Below are positions 59,857 through 64,000 of a stretch of 64,000 nt of DNA, one piece after another. The stretch comes from an uncultured Bacteroidota bacterium (GTDB lineage Bacteria > Bacteroidota > Bacteroidia > Flavobacteriales > Flavobacteriaceae): positions 2,124 through 66,123 of the forward strand of contig CACDPE010000003.1 of NCBI GenBank assembly GCA_902554655.1, in the 5' to 3' direction. Both the position numbers and the translations under genes were made by a program. Numbering within the stretch: the first letter of the stretch is position 1; each line of letters begins with the position of its first letter. A model generated the notes under the pieces. That model was not told the origin of the DNA. It made no database searches and saw only the letters and a program-made list of their open reading frames with translations.

Positions 59857-60927
59857 TTGAATAACAGATCAGATGTAAACATATCAAATAAAAAACCATC
59901 TTATAAAATTACTGATCTTTTTTATCAATATTTAACTAATTATAACAGAGTTGAATATTTGCCTGTTCATTATGAAGATTTATTGAGATATGTTGGTTCA
60001 ATAGAGTTGTTTGATCATGAAGACAATAACACTTTGTGGAAAAGGGTCTACTATAATGATAGTGAAAGTTTGGAGCTTGAAAATAGTTTAAAAAAAATTT
60101 ATAATGTTCTGTATTCTGATGGTAGTGATAATAATACTGAATTTTTAACTATTGATGGAATTGACTATTGTACTTTCGGAAATTCTAATCCATTTAGAAT
60201 AAAAATTAGAAATAATCTAAACGATAATTTCACTTATTATTATATTAAAAAAGCTGATTCATCTAGAATTTATGGTCTAGAACTTGAGCATATTACTTCC
60301 CCACATAATTTAAATTATATTTTAAATAAAAATACTCTTATTGAAGAGCATATCTCTGGAATACCTGGTGATGAATTTTTTAAAAACAGACTTGATTTGT
60401 GTAACGATAACGAAAAATCACAGATTGCAAAAGAATTTGTAAAATTTAGTGAAAGATGCATGATAAGATTGCTAGGTGACATGCGATCATATAATTATGT
60501 TATAATTCCAATCCATGATTTTGATCAGGTTGTTTATAAACTTAGAGCAATTGATTTTGATCAGCAAAGTTATGAGGCAGATTTCAAAGTTTACAGACCA
60601 CAACTTTTTAAAGAAAATAAACCAATTGTTGAACTAATTAAAGAAAAGTTAATTCCTGACTCAATTAACCAATATAAAATAGAAGAAAGAGCAATTATAG
60701 TTAAAAGAATTTTAGGTTCGCAAAAAAGAGTTGAAAAATTGATAAATTCAATGAAGAATGATATAATTTCTACCGACCATAATGTAAAACACTTAACTCA
60801 GCAAATTTACCATCTAACAAAAGATAATGATTTTAAGTATTGCACTAATATGGGACAAATAATGGAATCATCTTTTAATTACTTGTTAAGGAATTATGAA
60901 AGTAATGAGATGTTAAGAACTAATTGA
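59857..60927 (+). CDS. Hypothetical protein with protein-kinase-like (RIO/Kdo/APH-type) catalytic motifs
   Basis: 356 aa with a TTG start in the ORF track. YYYIKK (Lys), LIEEHISG (hinge-like), LLGDMRSYNYVI (HxDxxxxN-like) and RAIDFDQ (DFG-like) occur in canonical order and spacing. The family call is inferred from motifs only. Confidence 0.5.
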   Translation: MNNRSDVNISNKKPSYKITDLFYQYLTNYNRVEYLPVHYEDLLRYVGSIELFDHEDNNTLWKRVYYNDSESLELENSLKKIYNVLYSDGSDNNTEFLTIDGIDYCTFGNSNPFRIKIRNNLNDNFTYYYIKKADSSRIYGLELEHITSPHNLNYILNKNTLIEEHISGIPGDEFFKNRLDLCNDNEKSQIAKEFVKFSERCMIRLLGDMRSYNYVIIPIHDFDQVVYKLRAIDFDQQSYEADFKVYRPQLFKENKPIVELIKEKLIPDSINQYKIEERAIIVKRILGSQKRVEKLINSMKNDIISTDHNVKHLTQQIYHLTKDNDFKYCTNMGQIMESSFNYLLRNYESNEMLRTN

Positions 60928-61327
60928 TTTTTAGATACCAATAGAACTGAATCACAAAAATTAATATTGCAATCATAAGATGAATTGGTTGAGTCATGAT
61001 TGGAAATGCAAAGTAATACATCATTGCTCCTATAATAATTTCCAATAAAATTAAAATCAAAACAGAATTAATATATTTCATAGACATATCAATTTTTTTT
61101 GAAATGATAAATAAAAATCCATTTACAAGAAATATTAGTATTGAGAATGATCTGTGAAAATAAAAATTAAACGATGGATTACTAAGCCACAAATCTTTAT
61201 CTAATTTACCATATAGTTTAGATTGCTCATCTATAAACTCTCTAACCCCGGTGCCAATAAATATTTGAATTAACATAAGTGACATAGAAAAAATCAGTAA
61301 GTATTTAATATTGATTTTATTTAACAT
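60920..61327 (-). CDS. ctaA: COX15/CtaA-family heme A synthase, C-terminal half (split or frameshifted gene)
   Basis: 135 aa, 4 TM helices, with FHRSFS and QPIHLMIA His motifs. The ATG overlaps the stop of the upstream half (ATGTTAAATAA). Confidence 0.6.
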   Translation of the reverse strand: MLNKINIKYLLIFSMSLMLIQIFIGTGVREFIDEQSKLYGKLDKDLWLSNPSFNFYFHRSFSILIFLVNGFLFIISKKIDMSMKYINSVLILILLEIIIGAMMYYFAFPIMTQPIHLMIAILIFVIQFYWYLKIN

Positions 61328-61910
61328 CAGATCTTCTATAAATTAAAATAATTAAGCATAAAATTATAATGGCCATAAACATGTGAACCGTAATTTTATA
61401 TGGTGCTAAATTTGAATCCACAACAAGTTTTCCCAACCATGCTTGGAATATCATTGATAGAACTACTAAAAAGGACATAAAAGTTATGTTTGGTTTATGT
61501 TTAATATAATTCAATGAAAAAACAAACATAATTAGAGTCGCAATCCCTGCGATTGCTCCAATCAATCTATTTATAAATTCAAACCAGGTATTCATTACAC
61601 TAAATTCGTTGTAATCATGTTTAGTATATTCTAACCAATTTGATAAAACGAATTTATCAGAACTTATAAAACTATTTTTTGCAGAATAAAATTTTTTATT
61701 TTTTAAAATCATAACTCCTTTTTTGTAGTTGAAATTAGATTTCCAAAAAACATCTTTTTCTTTTGTTGGAGGAATTAAATATCCAAAACATTTTGGCCAG
61801 TCTGGACAACCCATGCCACTACCTGTCATTCTAACCATCGAACCTGCAAAAATTACAAGCAAGACCAATAGAAATGAAATTAAAATAGTAGTTTTAAAAT
61901 TTTTAATCAT
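61317..61910 (-). CDS. ctaA: COX15/CtaA-family heme A synthase, N-terminal half (split or frameshifted gene)
   Basis: 197 aa: GSMVRMTGSGMGCPDWPKCFGYLIPP is the typical CtaA N-terminus. It ends after the fourth TM helix. Confidence 0.65.
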   Translation of the reverse strand: MIKNFKTTILISFLLVLLVIFAGSMVRMTGSGMGCPDWPKCFGYLIPPTKEKDVFWKSNFNYKKGVMILKNKKFYSAKNSFISSDKFVLSNWLEYTKHDYNEFSVMNTWFEFINRLIGAIAGIATLIMFVFSLNYIKHKPNITFMSFLVVLSMIFQAWLGKLVVDSNLAPYKITVHMFMAIIILCLIILIYRRSDVK

Positions 61911-63312
61911 TCTTTAAACCTAATTCTCTTCCTTTTTCAATCATCAAATTATATGCCTGTTTGTATGAATTTTCAATATCACCATTCAGAATTGATTCCT
62001 TTATAAAATTTTTAATTTGACCTATCTCTTTACATGGTTTAATATTAAAATAATTCATAATTTCTTCACCAGTAATTGGTGGTTGAAAATTTCTCACTCT
62101 ATCTCTTTCTTCAACAACTTTGATTTTTTCTCTGACTATTTTAAAGTTGTTTAAATATTTGTCTTTTAAAAATTGATTTTTTGTGGTAATATCTGCCTCG
62201 CACAATATCATTAAATCATCAATATCATCACCAGCATCATATACTAGTCTTCTTACTGCGGAATCTGTTGTATCATCGAGTGATAATACAATTGGTCTTG
62301 AACTTAAAAGAATTAATTTTTTAACGTATTTTAAAGTTTCATTCAAAGGAAGTTTTAATCTTTTAAATATATTTTTTGCCATTTTTGAACCAACAAATTC
62401 ATGTCCATGGAACGACCATCCATTTTTCTTACTAAATCTTTTTGTTTTAGGTTTTCCTATATCATGAAGTAAAGCGACCCACCTTAACCAAATATTATTA
62501 GTGTTTTCAGAAATATTGTCAAGTACTTGTAAAGTATGATAAAAATTATCCTTGTGTTTTTTTCCATCAACTTCTTCAATTCCGTGCAAGGAACTAAGTT
62601 CTGGAATTAATATTTTAAGTAAACCAGTCTTATCAAGCAGATTTAATCCAACAGAGGGTTTTGGCGAAATTAATATTTTATTTAATTCATTATTAATTCT
62701 TTCCTTGGATATTATTTTTATTCGTTTTGATTCATTTTTAATACATTCAAAGTCATTTTTATCAATTTCAAAATTTAATTGTGAAGAAAATCTAATTGCC
62801 CTTAACATTCTCAAAGGATCGTCATGAAAAGTTTTAATTGGATCTTTTGGTGTTTTTAAAATATGATTACTTAAATCCTTTAATCCATTGTGGTTATCAA
62901 TTAATTGTCCTTTTTCTTTTCCATTAAGTCTAATAGCTAACGCATTTACAGTAAAATCTCTTCTTGATAAATCGTCAGAAAGAGTACCTTTTTTAATTTT
63001 AGGATTCCTCGAAGATTCACTGTAGCTTTCTTTTCTTGCACCAACAAATTCAATTTGAAAACCTTTAGTTTTAATCATTGCCGTTCCAAAATTTTTAAAA
63101 ACTTGTATTTTGATTTTTAAATTTAAGGCTATGAGATTAGCAAATTCGATTCCATTTCCTAATACCAAAATATCAATATCTTTTTTAGTTTTTTTTCCAA
63201 GAATACTATCTCTTACATAACCTCCAACTACAAAAATTTCATAATTGTTTTCATTTGCTATTTTTGAGATAGTCTCTAAAATATCTGATTTTATGAATTT
63301 TTTATAGTTCAT
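61903..63312 (-). CDS. cca: CCA tRNA nucleotidyltransferase / poly(A) polymerase family protein with an HD domain
   Basis: 469 aa: VVGGYVRDSILGKKTKKDIDILV, RRDFTVNALA, HDIGKP. Confidence 0.88.
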   Translation of the reverse strand: MNYKKFIKSDILETISKIANENNYEIFVVGGYVRDSILGKKTKKDIDILVLGNGIEFANLIALNLKIKIQVFKNFGTAMIKTKGFQIEFVGARKESYSESSRNPKIKKGTLSDDLSRRDFTVNALAIRLNGKEKGQLIDNHNGLKDLSNHILKTPKDPIKTFHDDPLRMLRAIRFSSQLNFEIDKNDFECIKNESKRIKIISKERINNELNKILISPKPSVGLNLLDKTGLLKILIPELSSLHGIEEVDGKKHKDNFYHTLQVLDNISENTNNIWLRWVALLHDIGKPKTKRFSKKNGWSFHGHEFVGSKMAKNIFKRLKLPLNETLKYVKKLILLSSRPIVLSLDDTTDSAVRRLVYDAGDDIDDLMILCEADITTKNQFLKDKYLNNFKIVREKIKVVEERDRVRNFQPPITGEEIMNYFNIKPCKEIGQIKNFIKESILNGDIENSYKQAYNLMIEKGRELGLKND

Positions 63313-63867
63313 TTATCTTATGACCTTAAATTCATTATCCCCAATCATTTTAATAATTCTTGAGGGTTTATTATTAAGGATTTTAGAGGTCCTAACTATA
63401 TAGTCAACATTGTCTTTGATTAATTTATCAATCCTTTCCAAGGAATTAGGAACTTCAAATCCATGCAAGTTAGCTGAGGATGAAGATAATGGATGTTTTA
63501 ACTCTTTAATTAAGTTTAGACAAAAATTATCATATGGTATTCTAACTGCTATGGAGCTTTGATTTGTGTTTTTATCTTTTGAATTAGAAAAAATTACAGT
63601 TGTAGGATTAGAATCACTTAAAAATTCTATTGCAGTTTCAGAAATGTTTTCTACATAACAGTTTACCATTTCAATATCACTCATAAGATGAATTAGTGGT
63701 TGATTTAATTCTCTTTTTTTTATATGATTTATTTTTCTAGTTACATTATTGTCATTTGCATTACCACCTATTCCAAATACTGTATCAGTTGGATGGAGAA
63801 TTATCCCGCCATCATTAATAGTTTTTAAACACTGATTTAATTCATTCAAAAATTTAAACTGAAACAT
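63313..63867 (-). CDS. tsaC: L-threonylcarbamoyladenylate synthase (TsaC/YrdC/Sua5 family)
   Basis: 184 aa: GGIILHPTDTVFGIGGNA, SSSSANLHG. Confidence 0.85.
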   Translation of the reverse strand: MFQFKFLNELNQCLKTINDGGIILHPTDTVFGIGGNANDNNVTRKINHIKKRELNQPLIHLMSDIEMVNCYVENISETAIEFLSDSNPTTVIFSNSKDKNTNQSSIAVRIPYDNFCLNLIKELKHPLSSSSANLHGFEVPNSLERIDKLIKDNVDYIVRTSKILNNKPSRIIKMIGDNEFKVIR

Positions 63868-64000
63868 TAAAATCTCTTAAAGCATCATTTAGTGATGTTT
63901 TTTTATTGGTACTGTCTTTCCTTTTTCCAATAATCAAAGCACAAGGAACATTAAATGTACCAGATGCAAATTCTTTTGGAACAGTTCCAGGAATCACTAC
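63854..64000 (-). CDS. 3' end of an unidentified CDS running in from the window edge
   Basis: The minus-strand frame is open from 64000 to the TAA at 63856..63854 (..VVIPGTVPKEFASGTFNVPCALIIGKRKDSTNKKTSLNDALRDFNVSV). It overlaps the tsaC start by 14 nt. Too short to assign a family. Confidence 0.45.
   Translation of the reverse strand, partial: VVIPGTVPKEFASGTFNVPCALIIGKRKDSTNKKTSLNDALRDFNVSV

Overview
This is a low-GC (about 30% by eye), very gene-dense chromosomal core segment from a Bacteroidota genome, most likely a streamlined Flavobacteriia-type genome. The lineage call rests on five things. A DUF3467 gene is coupled to rpoC, and a DUF4295 mini-gene follows rpmB-rpmG. bshC is present. 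TAnnTTTG '-7' promoter boxes occur, and Shine-Dalgarno sequences are absent upstream of starts. Main content in order: truncated yaaA; a 3-gene circularly permuted ATP-grasp / alpha-E / transglutaminase cassette; a complete trpEGDCFBA operon on the minus strand, preceded by a Trp-Trp leader peptide and a terminator (attenuator); rhodanese, PspC-domain protein, alanine/glycine:cation symporter and acyl-CoA dehydrogenase; rpsU and a Xer-type recombinase; a tRNA-Thr/Tyr/Gly/Thr cluster; a 2.4-kb insert of small accessory-looking genes; then tuf, tRNA-Trp, secE, nusG, rplKAJL, rpoBC. After that come prfC, idi, queD, htpG, fabH, a sodium:solute symporter, recR, an E2 acyltransferase, rpmB, rpmG, ftsY, rimO, bshC, guaA, pyrG, yidC, mnmA, lysA, sucC, an Hsp20 gene, uvrB, an orphan kinase-like ORF, a CtaA gene split into two ORFs, cca and tsaC. 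I saw no rRNA, CRISPR array, IS element, prophage or recognisable defence system. The items most worth follow-up are: (1) the ATP-grasp/alpha-E/transglutaminase cassette, whose biochemistry is unknown, together with a Fur-box-like palindrome upstream of it; (2) a 30-nt promoter-region module shared by the two chaperone genes htpG and hsp20; (3) the trp leader-peptide attenuator, which looks nearly leaderless; (4) the orphan protein-kinase-like ORF; (5) the split heme A synthase. All product calls come from reading the translations for family motifs. No database search was run.
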